From contig MU058423.1 of NCBI GenBank assembly GCA_013265495.1, positions 5,314,745-5,378,744 on the forward strand: a stretch of DNA of 64,000 bases, read 5' to 3'. Position numbers and translations under genes: made by a program. Position 1 is the stretch's first letter, and the number at the start of each line of letters is the position of its first letter. Shown here one piece after another: positions 25,518 through 39,600 of the stretch. The DNA comes from Vicugna vicugna. Lineage: Eukaryota. The notes below the pieces were generated by a model that saw only the letters and a list, made by a program, of their open reading frames with translations, searched no databases and was not told the origin of the DNA.

Positions 25518-26065
25518 TGTATTAGTTATCTATTGTTGAATAACAAATGTATTCAAAACTTAGAGGCTTCAAAAAACAGTTACTATCTTCCAGTTTCTAA
25601 GGGTCAGAAATCTAGACACGGCTTAGCTGGGTGCTCTATATCAGTGTCTGTCACAAGGCTGCAGTTAAAGTGTTGGCTGATCTGTGACCTCATTGGGAGG
25701 AGCAACAATCTCAGTATGTGGTTATTGTTCCGTGGAGGTTGTTGTACTAAGGGATGCAGTTCCTCACTGGCTGGTGGCCAGAGGCCACCCTCAGGTCCTT
25801 GCCATTTGGGTCACTACGTAGGACAACTCACAACATGAAACTTGGCTTCATCAGAGAAAGCACGTAAGAGCCAGAGAGAGTGTGTGAGCAAGATGGAAGT
25901 CACAGTCTTTTGTACCTGTTATCTCACAAGTGACACATTCGCCATATTTTATTTTTAAAGGCAGGTCACTAGGTCTGGCCCACACCCAGGGAGAGGGGAT
26001 CACACAAAGGCATGGATATCAAGAAATAAGAATCATTGGGAGTCACTTTGAAACTGATTACCACA
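25518..26065 (-). mobile_element. MaLR LTR (MLT1E/F-type)
   Basis: TGTATTAGTTATCTATTG..GGCTTAGCTGGGTGCTCT..GCAAGATGGAAGTCACAGTCTTTT..TACCACA. Confidence 0.88.
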
Positions 26066-28379
26066 AGCACCTATGATAATTAAATTTAGTACCTAGTTTC
26101 TAGACACTCTTGAGACACTGGATCCATAGGAAATAATGGAAGAAATCAACTGTTAGACAAAAATCTATAGAAATAATATAGGCCTACCCATAAATCAAGT
26201 GAAGAGTATTCTGGTATAACTTACAGAAGTCAATTTTTATATTGATTAGAATATTCAGTCTCACCGCATGCACATATAGGCCCAATTAATAGTTAAACTT
26301 TTATCATTGACTTCTTTGAGATTATTTCAAATATTATGTTTCCATGATGACCTTTCCCAAATCATTTTCTTCTGTTTGACTTAATCTATCTAAAATACTT
26401 GCACTATGGTTTCTTGAGAGCTATAAATTTTTTCAGTGCCCTGTTAGTGTGTTTTATGTTTATAGCACTTGTGTTTACGAATGAGTGTGCTTGATCGGAA
26501 GTTATACTGTAACCACCCTACTCTGGTATGCTGTATACTTTAAAAATATAATTTGGAATTTAAACATTCAAAATGGGGAAAAAACGTTAAATTAGTGTAG
26601 ACTGTTTTAGAGTTACTTTAAACTTATTTAGGATTCAGGAAATTAGGTGGAATATAGCAGTTTAAAATAATAACCTAAAGACTCAGTATATAAATTTAAA
26701 CTTTATTTCTTAAGGAACAGCAGTAATAAACAAATATTCAACACATCATGTCCTAAAAACATAATATGGTGGTGGTATTCCCACAACATAAACCCAAAAA
26801 GAAATTTTTGGTTTCCTGTCACATCCAAGAAATATTATAATTTTGATTTTCTACCCTCTAGGAAAAACTTACTGTAAAATCTTACTAAACATTTGTAGAA
26901 ATAGTGTGCTCCCAGAAGAATGATTTTCTTAGGCAATCTTGGAAATAAACCTCTAAAGAGAATCTCAAAGGAAACACTTGTGTTTTATTCTTCAGCGAAC
27001 AAAATAGGGGAAAAAAAGCATTGTATCATATTAGTAAAGGTAGATTTGTATTATTTATATAACTCTTGACAAACTAGTGAACAGAAAGATTCTTTTTAAT
27101 TTACTTAAAAAATCTTTACTAGCCTCCCAAGGAAAAAAGCACTTTTGTAGGCAACAGATATATACAGTGATAATTAAGACATCATGTTATAGCCCTATGA
27201 ATAATATAATATCAGTAGAAAATGATTTTTTTGGAACATGTCTGCATATGTGCTTCCTTGCATACACAAAATATGAAAAGGTTAAAAAGTCACTTTAGAA
27301 GAAAAGCTTCAAGATTTTGCTAGGGGCCCTTAAGTTTATAATTATTAATGTCATATGCTTGCTAAAGGTTTTTAAAACACTGTTTTATACATAAAAATAC
27401 ATACATTTATACATTAAATATGTATTTTGAAATCCGAAAAAATGCACTTGTAATTCATTTTGGGGAGGGAATAGGGTTTTTAAATTGTTATCCTTTATTT
27501 ACACTGGAGTTTTAGTAGTGTTTACATTTTGAGTTAATAAAATGAAATTCTCTTACAAAAAATTTTAAGATCTACTTTTCATATACTTCTCACAGCTATT
27601 TAAAATGAATTTTATGGTACTGTCATAAACCTTTTGCTGTTTTGAGTAGAATATTTAGATGCTTCTTATCCATAAATTTATAGCTATCATCAATACGGCT
27701 GATTTATTGAATTTTAATTTTCTTTTTTCTTAATGGATGCACTATCTGATTGAATAGGATGAATATTTTATCATGATCTATCTAGTTTTTTTCTAAGTTT
27801 ACTTATAAAAATACATCTAGATTGCCAATTTCAAAAGCATTAGCCATTATGGCCTTAGAATTAGATTAAATCTGGCCTTTAATATGTTTTAAATTGTATA
27901 TTTAAGAATTAATGATTCACAGAGGAGATCTGAATGTCTTTCGTAGCAACATATAACCACTTAGGTGATTTTAGATAGTCATGGATGAGAGACCGGCAGT
28001 GGTAGGTTAGGCACAGAGGGCTCTTCACCAATCCAAGTGGTCATTTATCTGTTCATCGCTGCTCTTTTGCCCACAAAGCCTAATCCAACTATCGCACCTC
28101 TGCAAGCCAAGAGCTACTGCAGCCGCAGTGGTGCTGCTCCATCTCAGCAGTGAAATTTGGCCCAGGAATGTTTTCTTCTTTGCAAATGTGGAGAAACTCA
28201 TCAGTTGAGAACTAGAATAGCTGTTTTGGAATCTGGAGAAAACTAGCCTTGTAGAAACCCTAGACACTTGAAAAAATGTGATGAACATGCCGAGGTGAAT
28301 TCCATCAATCATTGGTTATTCTTGGCAGCCGAGTGCTATGGAGGAGCCAAATAGCTAAATGGAAACTGTTAACACTAAC

Positions 28380-29085
28380 ATGTAGTATTAATAAGAATAC
28401 CTAAAGGTTTCCAGATACAGGAGATGTGAAACATCAGTGTAAGACACAGAAGAGGTGATATTCAAGGAGTCACATCATAGATTCCTAAACAAATTAACTT
28501 TGTTAAAAATTTTGAAAAATATGAGGTTGAATTAAAATTATTTGCTTAGAAATTAGAAAAGACATGGAATACATTTTTTTAAAGGAAATGAGGTAAATCT
28601 CTGATATTAATGAAATGGAAAACAAAAAAAATCCTAAATTCAAAATCTGCTTTAGAAATGTAAAGTGTCAGCTATAATAAGAAAAAGATTAAATATTATT
28701 GTAAACAAATTAGAAAACCTAAGAGAAATTGTTAATATCTTAACAAAATGTAACCAAATTTGACCCAAGACATACTAGTACACTTAAATTGGCTAATTAC
28801 ATTTGAAAATAATTACATAATTAATCTTTTAAAATAAGCATTTAGAACAGATGTTTCCAAAACTGAGTTCCAACTATCTTGTAAAGTACAAATAATACAA
28901 TGTTATTTCAATGATCTAGAATGTAAACATATGCAGAGCTCTCGAGTCAATACAGAAAACTAATATATAAATTTAATAGCATAACTGGTAATACTAAATA
29001 AGAACAATGATTATACTTTGCTTCTGACTATAAATGTAAATATTTTAATTAAACATTAGCAAATAAGTTACAGATAAAAATGATG
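28380..29085 (+). mobile_element. Ancient L1 ORF2 remnant (continues at about 29490-29575 and 31490-31750)
   Basis: AACAAATTAGAAAACCTAAGAGAA (NKLENL) and, after the MLT insertion, TTTATTCTAGGAATGCAAGGG (FIxGMQG). Confidence 0.6.
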
Positions 29086-29087
29086 TT

Positions 29088-29457
29088 CTGTTATTTTATT
29101 AAGATAAGCTTCTAGGGAGACCCCGGAATACGGTGGCTCAGAAGCAAATGTTTATTTCTCTTGTTTTCAATGGTGCAGTGACACAGAGTAGCAGGACAGT
29201 TACGCCCTCCACAATACATGGCCTTCAGGATTTATCAGCTATTGCTGTTAGCAGCCAGTGGAACAAAGAAAGAAAATCGGCTTCAGGAATCTTGGTTTTT
29301 AATGAGATCAGCTAAAAAGTTAAACACAGCATAGCCCATTACCCTGAATTGTGCCATAAAAACAGTTAGCTGAGGGAGGAATAGAAAACTGTAGTACTTG
29401 GTCTGATAATGTAATGGCCATTTTCACAATGTAAATGGTGGATTCTACTACCTACCA
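29088..29457 (-). mobile_element. Old MaLR LTR (MLT1-type)
   Basis: ACCCCGGAATACGGTGGCTCAGAAGCAAATGTTTATTTCTC, degenerate antisense MLT1 pattern. Confidence 0.5.
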
Positions 29458-29579
29458 AAAAAAAAAAAAGAAGAAGAAGAAGTAGATACTAGACACTATA
29501 AAATTATTTCGTTATGAAAACTGAGTAGATTTTATTCTAGGAATGCAAGGGTTTAAAATGTATTAAAATAATTTCTTAC

Positions 29580-30850
29580 ACCCTCAAATTGTGACTAGAG
29601 AAAATGCCAGCCATGTTCACTTCATTGGCCTCTAGTGCCAAAAGGAATCTTACATATTTCACTAAACCACTCATTCTCTGCTCCCTTAGATAGCTATTTT
29701 GTAGTTTGTACTCTCTTCAAACTTTCTTTCATTTCAAACATCAGTAACTGTGTTCTTCATGTCATTAGAAAATACACAAGAAGGGAACTTTCTCATTCTT
29801 TGCCAGCAATCCCTCAGCTACATGCAACTGTACCATAAGTGCTGCACTCTTTCCAGTGTATGACCTGACCGTGTCCCTCAAGGGCAGCAACTCCCTTGTG
29901 TTGAGGACTCTGCCCTTTCAATTATTATCTTATTACCCAATATCATCACATGTTACTTCTCTATAAGACCAGTTCCAACAGCAAGAGGACAGTGTTATTT
30001 TCCTTATAATTTCGTTATAAATCCTCCCTTTAACCCAATTGCTTTTTAGTTATATTTCTTACTTCTCCTTTGAAGCAAATCTCCTCTTTCTCAACAGCCA
30101 ACCCAGTCAAGCTCTGGAGTCAACCTTCTGTCACTAATATAGCACTAGTGGGTCAACCTCTAATCTCAGCCTTGCTTATTTTGGTGATCAAATTTCAGTC
30201 TTCATTTTAATTGACTTCTTAGCAGTATTTGATACGGTAGATTACTCCTTCCATTTCAGAATACTTTCTTCACTTGTTTTCTTTAAATTCCTTTTTCTCC
30301 TGACTTTCCTTATAGCCACTATATATTCCAACTTAATCTTCTTTGCCAGATCCTTCTTTTACCCACCTTGAAGTGCTTTTCTTTGTAGTTCTATGTCCTG
30401 CTATCTTTTCTGTCTATATATGTTCTCCTTGGATTATTTCATCCAGTTTCAAGCTTTAAATACTATCTGTATAGAATTAATCTAGAATCTAAATGTCTTT
30501 GGATTCCAGGCTTGTATATACAACTGCCTACCCAATAACTCCCCTTAGATTTCTAAGAGGCATGTAATCCCAAAATTAAACTCTACATTTTTCTCAAACT
30601 TTCTTCTCCACCTGTGTTCCCAAGGCCAACGTATGATACTGTTCTCTGTTGGCTCAGGTGTTGACTGAATCAAAATTTTAGAATCATCCACCCTTCCTTT
30701 CTTTCACCTTATCAAATCTATCAGCAAATCTTGTTGTGCCTGATGACTTGCCACTGTCTCCACTTCTTTAAACTTGAAATATATTAACCTCTTGTTCAAA
30801 AACTGCAGTGGTCTTCATGCTTTTATTCTTACTGGATCATAACAGAACAA
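29580..30850 (+). mobile_element. LINE-2 remnant including an RT motif
   Basis: 30188-30275 translates QISVFILIDFLAVFDTVDYSFHFRILSSL, matching L2 RT VLILLDLSAAFDTVDHSLLLETLSSL. Confidence 0.8.
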
Positions 30851-31583
30851 ACTGATCAGATAAATCTGATATATTAGAATTTTTCATTTCCTAGAAGATG
30901 GAATGTTTGGGGGCAGATTAATGCAATTATGTCATCAACTAGAAAAAAATAGGCAAAATACCAAAAAAATTATTTAGAGGCATCAAAAATCTCTTGAAGT
31001 AAGGAAGGCTAGGTAATCTAATATTTTAAAGAAGTGAAATTCTCATGTCAGTAAATTGCAAACACTTTTCTAAGAGAAGCAGTTACCAGTTCTTGGTATG
31101 AGCATAAAGCTCTAGCAGATAGTTATTTCTGAGAGACAAAGAAACAAGTAGATATTTTGAATGTCATATGAAAATGAAGAGCTAAAATTAGAGACATAAG
31201 AGGATGCAAATATAAATAGAAGGTTGATAGAAGATATTTAAAACAAATGGAAAACCAGAAAACACACAAGAGTACATTACAGCTGAATATGAAACATTCA
31301 AAAATATCTATCTCATACTCTTATTTATTGATTTATTCTTCTTCTGCCACACTAATGTCCTTGCTTTTCTTGAAAATCACTAGATTCCTTGCCATAATTT
31401 AAAAATTTTGAATGTTAACTACTTTTCCTTTAACGTCAAGAAAATTACAAGGATATTAACCATGGTTTTTGTTGTTTATCTCTGTTTAGGATAAACCACT
31501 GAACGCAGTCAGCCAAAACCAAGAAATAATTTATACAAATGTTGGTATATCAAAGAAAGTTATCTTCTTTGATGATCAATGTT

Positions 31584-31586
<3 letters not shown>

Positions 31587-31630
<44 letters not shown>
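31587..31630. repeat. (AC)22 microsatellite
   Basis: Perfect dinucleotide run. Confidence 0.98.
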
Positions 31631-31633
<3 letters not shown>

Positions 31634-31999
31634 CTTAGAAAGCCTGAGAACAGATTAGAAATTTTTATGATTAAAATAATTTGTCATACAAATAAATATA
31701 AAGAAATCAAAAGCTTGTCTTCTAAACTAGCACAATTCATACATTTTATTTACAGAGAAAAAGTTAAACAATGGCCATAGTAGTCCATTTTCTAGATACC
31801 TGCAAAATATCAGTGAACAAAAGAGCCGCCTTACAAATTACAGTTGAGAGCTTGGAATCAATAGAAGTAACAAATAAATTATAGAATATGTAAGGAAGGT
31901 GGTAATTATCAGAAAAAGGAAATTTAGAAGCAGACTGGGATGAATAGAATTCAATGCATTATTACAAGCAGGAGGATAATTTTATCTCTTCCCTACAGT

Positions 32000-32585
32000 T
32001 CATCTTCTCTGTTCAGATATTAAGAGCGCTTTCTGAAATGAAACTTGGCTACATCAGTCGTTTACTCAGAACCCTTCCTCCGCTTTCACATTGTTAGCAT
32101 GACATAAATGGTGCTTCATGATTTTGCTTCAGTCTGTATATTCAGAGTCATCTCTGCTATCCCAGTTGATGAGTTAATTTGGAGATACTGAAATACTTTT
32201 CTCCTTTTAAATTATTCTATTACCTTTAAGACTAGATAGCTCATATTTGAACTGCAGCATCCTGCTGAGTTATATTACCTTTTCCAAAATCTTTTCTGAC
32301 CTTTCCCAAATTAATCTTTATTTCATCTATTATATATAATTATATACATAATATATATTCATTTAACTTACTAGACAGCAGTTATATATTTATATAACAT
32401 ACAGTTATAATGACTGCCATTTTTTACTTACAGATTATAATGTTTCATTTTCTAAGTAGTGAGCAACTTGAGGACTGGGACCTTGCCATTTTTATCTGTT
32501 TTTTTTTTTTATCTGACAAGAATAGAAGAATGTTTGGTATATTGCAAATACTCAATACATGTGTGAATTAATGATAAATAAATGG
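32000..32585 (+). mobile_element. LINE-2 3' end remnant
   Basis: GTGAGCAACTTGAGGACTGGGACC..ACTCAATACATGTGTGAATTAATGA. Confidence 0.6.
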
Positions 32586-34479
32586 AAATAACATAAAAAA
32601 ACAATTTTAACTATGGACTATAAAAGCTTCTTTTCAAAGGGTCATCTGTATTTATTAAGAGAACACAAAGTATATCCTAGGAATGAAAAATAGGAAATGA
32701 AAATGCTATTATTGAATCATTTACCTACAACTATTTTTTTGTTTGACTGTTTCCCTTAGCATAATATGGCACATAGTGCTAAGTAACTACTTTTTAAAGA
32801 AAATAAAATTAATTATGCAGATGACTATATGACAATTTGCAAGGCTGTAGAAGATACAGCATTAGCAAATAGCAAAAATTTCAAACCACCATCTTATATT
32901 TTCAATAGCACATAGTATTTATGACTGTAATGTTAGAAAATTTCCTAAATTTTAATGAGGTGTTGACTTTAGATGGAGGTAAATTATCCTATAAACATAC
33001 TATTGACAATTTTTATACAGAAAACAAAAGGTTTGATTTGATTAAATATAAAACCTAGACATATGATGAAAGAAGTGTTCACAGAATGAAGTCTCAATAT
33101 TCAACCAAACTTAAATCTCTTTCAGAGATTTTAGAAAGTGTCCTTACTTTCTTTAGACAAATGAGCAGGTTTTGTTTTATTATTGTTGAGTATTTTTTTG
33201 TTAAAGTTATAATTCAGATGCCAAAAGTATATAAAGTTTCTCCTTAGTTCTGGGAAATGGGACATAATCTACTTCTATTATTATTATTTTTAAACTTAGA
33301 GTAAGATAAGCAGACATAGCACAAAAGAATATTTTTTACTTTTAATCATTCTACTTGGAATTTCTACTGTTTGTCTATGAAAGTACAAATCTTTAGTAAC
33401 TATTATATCTTATTTCTCTGAGGTATTATGTGTATTTGCAATGTGAAATTTTAAAATATGTAAATTATCTCAATAAGAACTAAGTAGTCTTGCTTGTATA
33501 TGATACATAGCAGTATCACTGTTCATAATATTTTATTTTTATAATTTACCTTAAATTTTCCAAGAGAATGTTGATTTCAAATATTCTCTAAGGGAAATTG
33601 CCTTCAGAATCGATCTATTTTAATAACAATCTTTGATAGATCTGATGTTTGTACTAAGATTGTGCCAGTTTGATGATTTTATCTAGCTAAATACAAGTTA
33701 TAAAGAAGAGAAAAGAGCTATCAGCAATCAACAATGGAAGTAATTTTAGGAAAAATGAGTTCATGGTTTAAGTAAATAAATTAACATAAAGTTAAAACTA
33801 AAGAACTAAAAAAAAATACTGAAGCACTCATTCCTGATGCTTTTTCTAAATAAAAACTGTTGAACACTGTGCAATATGACTAGTTATTTATTTTATATTT
33901 TGAATCTATGCCAGTACATATTTTATTCTTTCTGTGGTACATTGAAACAATTATATAATATAGCTTTTGATACATTAATTGATTTTGTCAGAGGGCAAAG
34001 TAGGTGGGTGTCATTTTAATAGCATGTGGAGGAGTTCACTGAATCCCATCGTTTGTCATTTCATATATGTTATTATTTAAATGAGAAACTTGTTCCTTGA
34101 CTAATAAAATGTAAATGTTTTGAGATTATCTATTTACCAGATAATTACAGTAGAATTTCTTGATATCTAGACATGATCAAGGCCCAAGGAAGGTAGATAT
34201 GAGTTAGTCACATGGGAGAGAAAGGAAATCCCCAAAGGGTACAAAGAAGGTATTAATCTGATAATCAGGAGGGTTCTATGACAGAGACAATGCATATATT
34301 CATTCCCTAAACTTGTTTTCCTCCTTCTGCATCCATAATGTTTGAGTCATGTTTCTGATTCTAGGCACAGAATATGGGCAGAGATGAAGCTCTCAGTATA
34401 TTAGAAAATACAGGTTTCGTACTGATTGACCTTTATCCTCACTTTGTCTACCAACAGGCAAAGTAGCCAGGTTCCGTGA

Positions 34480-34575
34480 CTTCTTTCTTTCCTCCTTCCT
34501 TTCATTTCCCCTCCCTCCTTTTACTTCTCCTCTTTCTTCTTCTTCTTCGTCTTCTCTCTCTCTCTCCCATTTTCT
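34480..34575. repeat. CT-rich simple repeat
   Basis: Mixed CTT/CCTT/CT repeats. Confidence 0.85.
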
Positions 34576-36677
34576 TTATTTTTGCTTATATTATTTTTAG
34601 ATGATTCATCAATACTCAAAGATGTCTGGATGGGCAAGTTGTTTCTATTCAACAGGTGTATATTTGGATACCTCCATGTAGGATCATTTTCTTGAGATGC
34701 TGAAAGCTTATGGAAGGTAGTGTCATTAACTGTGTATATTTTTCTGAATGTTTTTAAAATAAAATATTCAAATTTTTGTTTCCATCAAAAACTGGCAGAA
34801 AACTTAAAACTGAGTGTTATATTGTAGATTCTCAGCATGTCAAAGTTTTGGTCAAAGAAATATTTTTAAATATACATTTGAGAATTAATTATATGAAATA
34901 TTTTACAAATGGATGGAAACTAAGTAACATTTAATTATTTATTTAATCGATATATGTATTAAAACCATTATTTATATATTTATATGAAATGACACAAGGA
35001 AGCATTCTCAAAAATATGACTGTAAAGATTAAAATTATTTGAGTAGAGTGGACAAAAATTTTACCATTTATTAATTTATTTCATTTGCCCCTTTTAGCAA
35101 TTTCATAATTAATTGTAGTATGCAAATTTATTGAAACTTTCCTGAAACTTGAAAGCTGCTCACAGCATGACTGTGAGTAGCTTTATATTTTTTGCAAATT
35201 TAAAAGGAGATAATTAATTACATATTCTCTGAAATGATGGCTTAAGAAATCAGTTTTATCTTGTCATTTTCCTAGGGAAGCTGCAATAGGAGAAAATTAT
35301 TTTTCAGAATAACAGACTAACAGAAATACTCAGAAATTCTTCCAGTAGAGTGTATTACATCACATTTACAGCCTTTTATTTTAGGGCATGTGAAACATTC
35401 CATGTTTTCTGTAAAACATTTTGTACTGTTTGACTTACGTGACTTGCAATTAATCTCAGTGTAACAGAACAGCAGGAAGTATTTCTAAGGTTTAAAATTG
35501 TTTTCTTTTCCCAATTTTCCTTACAGTATGTAATCTGCAGGTGTCGTTAGAAAATTAGCTTTCCTAAAGTTATTATGTAACAGTCTTGCGACTCCTGGCA
35601 CTTCAGTAGCAAGTTGCTCTTCTGTAGGTTTCTTCCGAAGTTTGTAGTGAGGTGATCATTTTACTCTAATAGTAAACTGTATTTTTTATTGCTATTGTCA
35701 GCTCTGTTCTGCTGCCTACGGGCTATTTCCGCTTGCTGCTTTACTGACCCCTCAGGCTCAGCATGTTTCAAAATTTCATTCTCTAATAATCATAGGATTT
35801 AGCCAGGCCATTCCTTTTAACCTCAGTTTCTTAATATGGGAAATAAATAATTATCCTAGTTGATTTCTCATCTTTCTCCTAGCCCCTAAATTATATGAAG
35901 TTTTGTTTTTTTTTTCAGTCTGGACTCCCCAAAGACAATCTCCTCCTTATGATTTTCTTCTTGAAATGGCACCACCATTTATCTGGGTATTCACATTTAA
36001 TTCAAAGTGTATCCTTTTCTTTATCCTTATTTGCACGTGCACACACACACACACAGAATTCATATGTAATTTGTTCTTCTTAATGTATTTTCTCTTCTCC
36101 ATTCTCTTCTCATATTTGTCATGTAAATTTAGATCTTCGTTAACTTCATTCTGAATTCCTGGCATAGCTTCTAAATTACACTTTTTGCTAGGCTCTTCCT
36201 CTTTAAGTCATCCTTCTCACAAATCTGCCAAAACAGTTCCAGTCACAGTCAAATCAATTCCTGACCCCTCTGTATACCAGATTAACAATAAACATAGTAA
36301 GATTCTGGCATTCAATATTTCAACAACTATTTCTAACCCTAGCCCAGTTGCTTATCACAAAACTACATAAAACTCTGGCCCAACTGAACTGAACAATGTA
36401 TTTATCTTTAAAATCAATTTTTTGTGGGATCCTATTTTTTTGTTGATGCTGCTTAGTTTTATTTAATTTTGTTTGCTTGTTTTAAAACTTTGTCTCTAGA
36501 AATCCCATGTATATGTTATATAATTTCCTTTCTGTGGAATTTCCTCCTTGTCTCATAAGAGGGCATGCTCTATATGAAAGCATTACCCAGTTGCCATGAT
36601 GATTTTGTCATCCAGAGTAGGAGCTGAGAGAAACTTAGACCAACTCACTGATTTGTTCATACAAAAACACTGAGTGT

Positions 36678-39600
36678 CAAGAGAGGGGAACAAGATGGCA
36701 GAGTAGAAAGATCCTGGGCTTGCCTCCTACCATGACACACCAGGACTGCAACTATAAATAGAACAACTCTCTCTGGTAATGACCTGAAGACTAGCACTAA
36801 AGATGTTCTGCAACTAAGGAAATAAAGAAAAAGCCAGTGAGACAAGTGGAAGGGGCTGAGACATAGTCTGTCTTTAACTTACACCCTCCACAGGGTGACG
36901 CACAGATGAGAGAGATATTACAGCCATGGAGGTCCTCCCTGAGGACTGTGGGGTCTGAACTCTACTCTAGGCGTCCCAGTTTGGGGAAGACAGGCCCCCA
37001 TTCATTTGGCTTTTGAAAACCTGCAGAGCACCGGAGGGCTATAGGAAACCAAGACTCTGCTTTGAAAGGGCACTCACAAAAACTCACTCATTCCTAATCC
37101 TAGTGCAGAGGCAGCCATTTGAAAAGCACCTGGGTCATATGTGAAGATTTATTAGCTAATTTTAGGGCATGTTCCAGAGGAACAGGACCTGTTAGGTCCT
37201 GGTAGGTGCCATTTTTAAAAATTTGCTCACCTTCTACATAGCTGGCCCAGTGCTGGAGGGTATCATTTCTGAGTCTTCCCAACTTACTGGCACTGCTTGT
37301 CCTGCCCTGGTGTTCACCTGCAGACCCAGCCAGCCAGCACTCCTCCAGCCAGCTCCCAACATGGCCACAATCAGCAGGCAGCCTCCGCCAGCACCAGAAC
37401 CCCTCTGAAGTGGCTCCCACTCTGGGGGCTGGTCCTGCACAACAGACGGCCCACAATAGTTGCAGCTGTGCCTTACAGCCAGCCCCACACACTAGTGTAC
37501 TTGCAGCAGTTGCAGCCCAGCTACAACAGAAGGACACACAGCCCACACAGGGGACACTTCCAGAGCACCTGGTTCTGGCGAACAGGGTGGACACCTCCTA
37601 CGTAAAACTACTCCTTTAAAACCAGGAGACATGGCCAATTTACCTAATACATAAAAAGGACACAGAGAATTCAGCAAATGAAGAGACAAAGGAACATGTT
37701 CCAAATGAAAGAACAAGACGAAAAATGTCAGAAAAATACTTAAATAAAATGGAGATAAAAGTGTATCAGATAAAGAATTCAAAGAAGTGGTAATAAGGAG
37801 CTCACTGGACTCAGGAGAAGAATGGAGGAATGCGTAAGAACATCAGCAAAGAAGTAGAAAATATAAAAAAAGAACCAGTCAGAGCTGAGGAATACAATAA
37901 CTGGAATTAAAATACAACAGAGGGAATCAAGCAGATTAGATAATGCAGATGAACGGATCTGTGATCTGGACGACAGGATAGTGGAAATCACATGATCAGA
38001 ACAGCTTTTTTTTTTTCTTCAAGTTTACAGTGATAGAAGCCTACTTAAAGAAATAAGAAAAATCTCAAAAAAAAAAAAAGGAACACTTCAAACGTTACAT
38101 GTAAAGGAATTAGAAAAAGAAGAACAACAAACCCCAAAGTCAGCAGAAAGAAGGAAATAACAAAGATCAGAGGGGAAATAAAGGCTGAAAAACCCCGAAC
38201 AGCAGAGAAGATCAGTGAAACCCAGAGCCGTTTGGTTTTCTTTGAAACAATAAACAAGATTGATAGACCTTTAGCCTGACTCATCAAGAAAATAATGAGA
38301 GGACCCAAATAAATAAATTCAGAAATGAAAGAGAAGTTACAACTAACACCATAGAAATGCCAAAGGATCATAAAAGGTTACTATGAATAATTATGCACCA
38401 GTAAATTAGACAACCTGAAAGAAATAGACCACTTTCTAGAAACATGCAATCTTCCAAAACTGAATCAGGAAAAAATAGAAAATAGGAATGAAATGATTAC
38501 TAGTAACAAAAACAAACAAAAGTCAAGGGCCAGGTAGCTTCACAGGTGAACTCTACAAAACATTCAAGATAGAGATAATATCTATCCTTCTCAAAATATT
38601 CCAGAAAATTGAAGATAAAGGAACACTTCCAGACTCATTCTGTGAGACAAGCATTAGCCTGATACCAAAGCCAAACAAAGACACCACAAAAAAAAAAAAA
38701 GGAAAAAAGAAAATCTAAGGCCAATATAACTGATGAATATGGATGCAAAAATTCTCAATAAAATATTAGCAAACAAAGTTCAACAAAATATAAAAAGGGT
38801 CATATACTGTGAGGAAATGGGATTTATTCCAGGAATGCAAGAATGGTTTACTATTCATAAATCGATTAATTGGTTACTCCACATTAATGAAACAAAGGAT
38901 AAAAATTACATGATCTCAATAGATGCAGAAAAAGCTTTTGGCAAAATTCTACATTCATTAATGGTAAGAATTCAACGAACTGGCTGTAGAAGGAATATAC
39001 CGTAACATTGTAAAGGCCGTATATGACAAACATCATACTCAATGGTGAAATGCTGAAAGTTTTCCCTCTGAGATGGGGAATGAGACAAAGATGCCCATTC
39101 TTGCCACTTTTATTCAACATAGTATTGGAAGTTTTAGTCAGCAATCAGACAAGAAAAATAAATAAGAGGTACCCATATGGGAAAGGAAGAAGTCACTATT
39201 TGCAGATATGATACCATATAAAGAAAACCCCAAAGATACCACCAAAAAAAACTATTATTACTAATAAATGAATTTAGTAAAGTTGCAGGATACAAAGTTA
39301 ACATATAGAAATCTGTTGCATTTCTATACACCAGTAACAGTTTTTCAGAATAAGAAATGAAGAATACAGTCCCATTTAAAAATACATCAAAAAAATACCT
39401 AGGGATAAATTTAACCAAGGAGGTGAAACACCTGTACTCTGAAAACTATGACACTGATGAAAGAAACTGAAGATTACACAAACAGATGGAAAGATACAGC
39501 GTGGTCACAAATTGGGAGAATTCATATTGTTAAGATGTCATACTACTGAAAGCAATCTAGAGATTCAGTACAATCCCTGAAAAATACCAGTGGCACAACA

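Noticed and set aside
31490..31590. Exon-like segment DKPLNAVSQNQEIIYTNVG after a TTTAG acceptor
   Set aside because: It is better explained as decayed L1 ORF2 ([22 protein letters not shown] region).
37100..37782. Cluster of longer ORFs, including 164 aa on the minus strand
   Set aside because: They lie in the GC-rich L1 5' UTR where stops are rare, and the peptides are unrecognisable.
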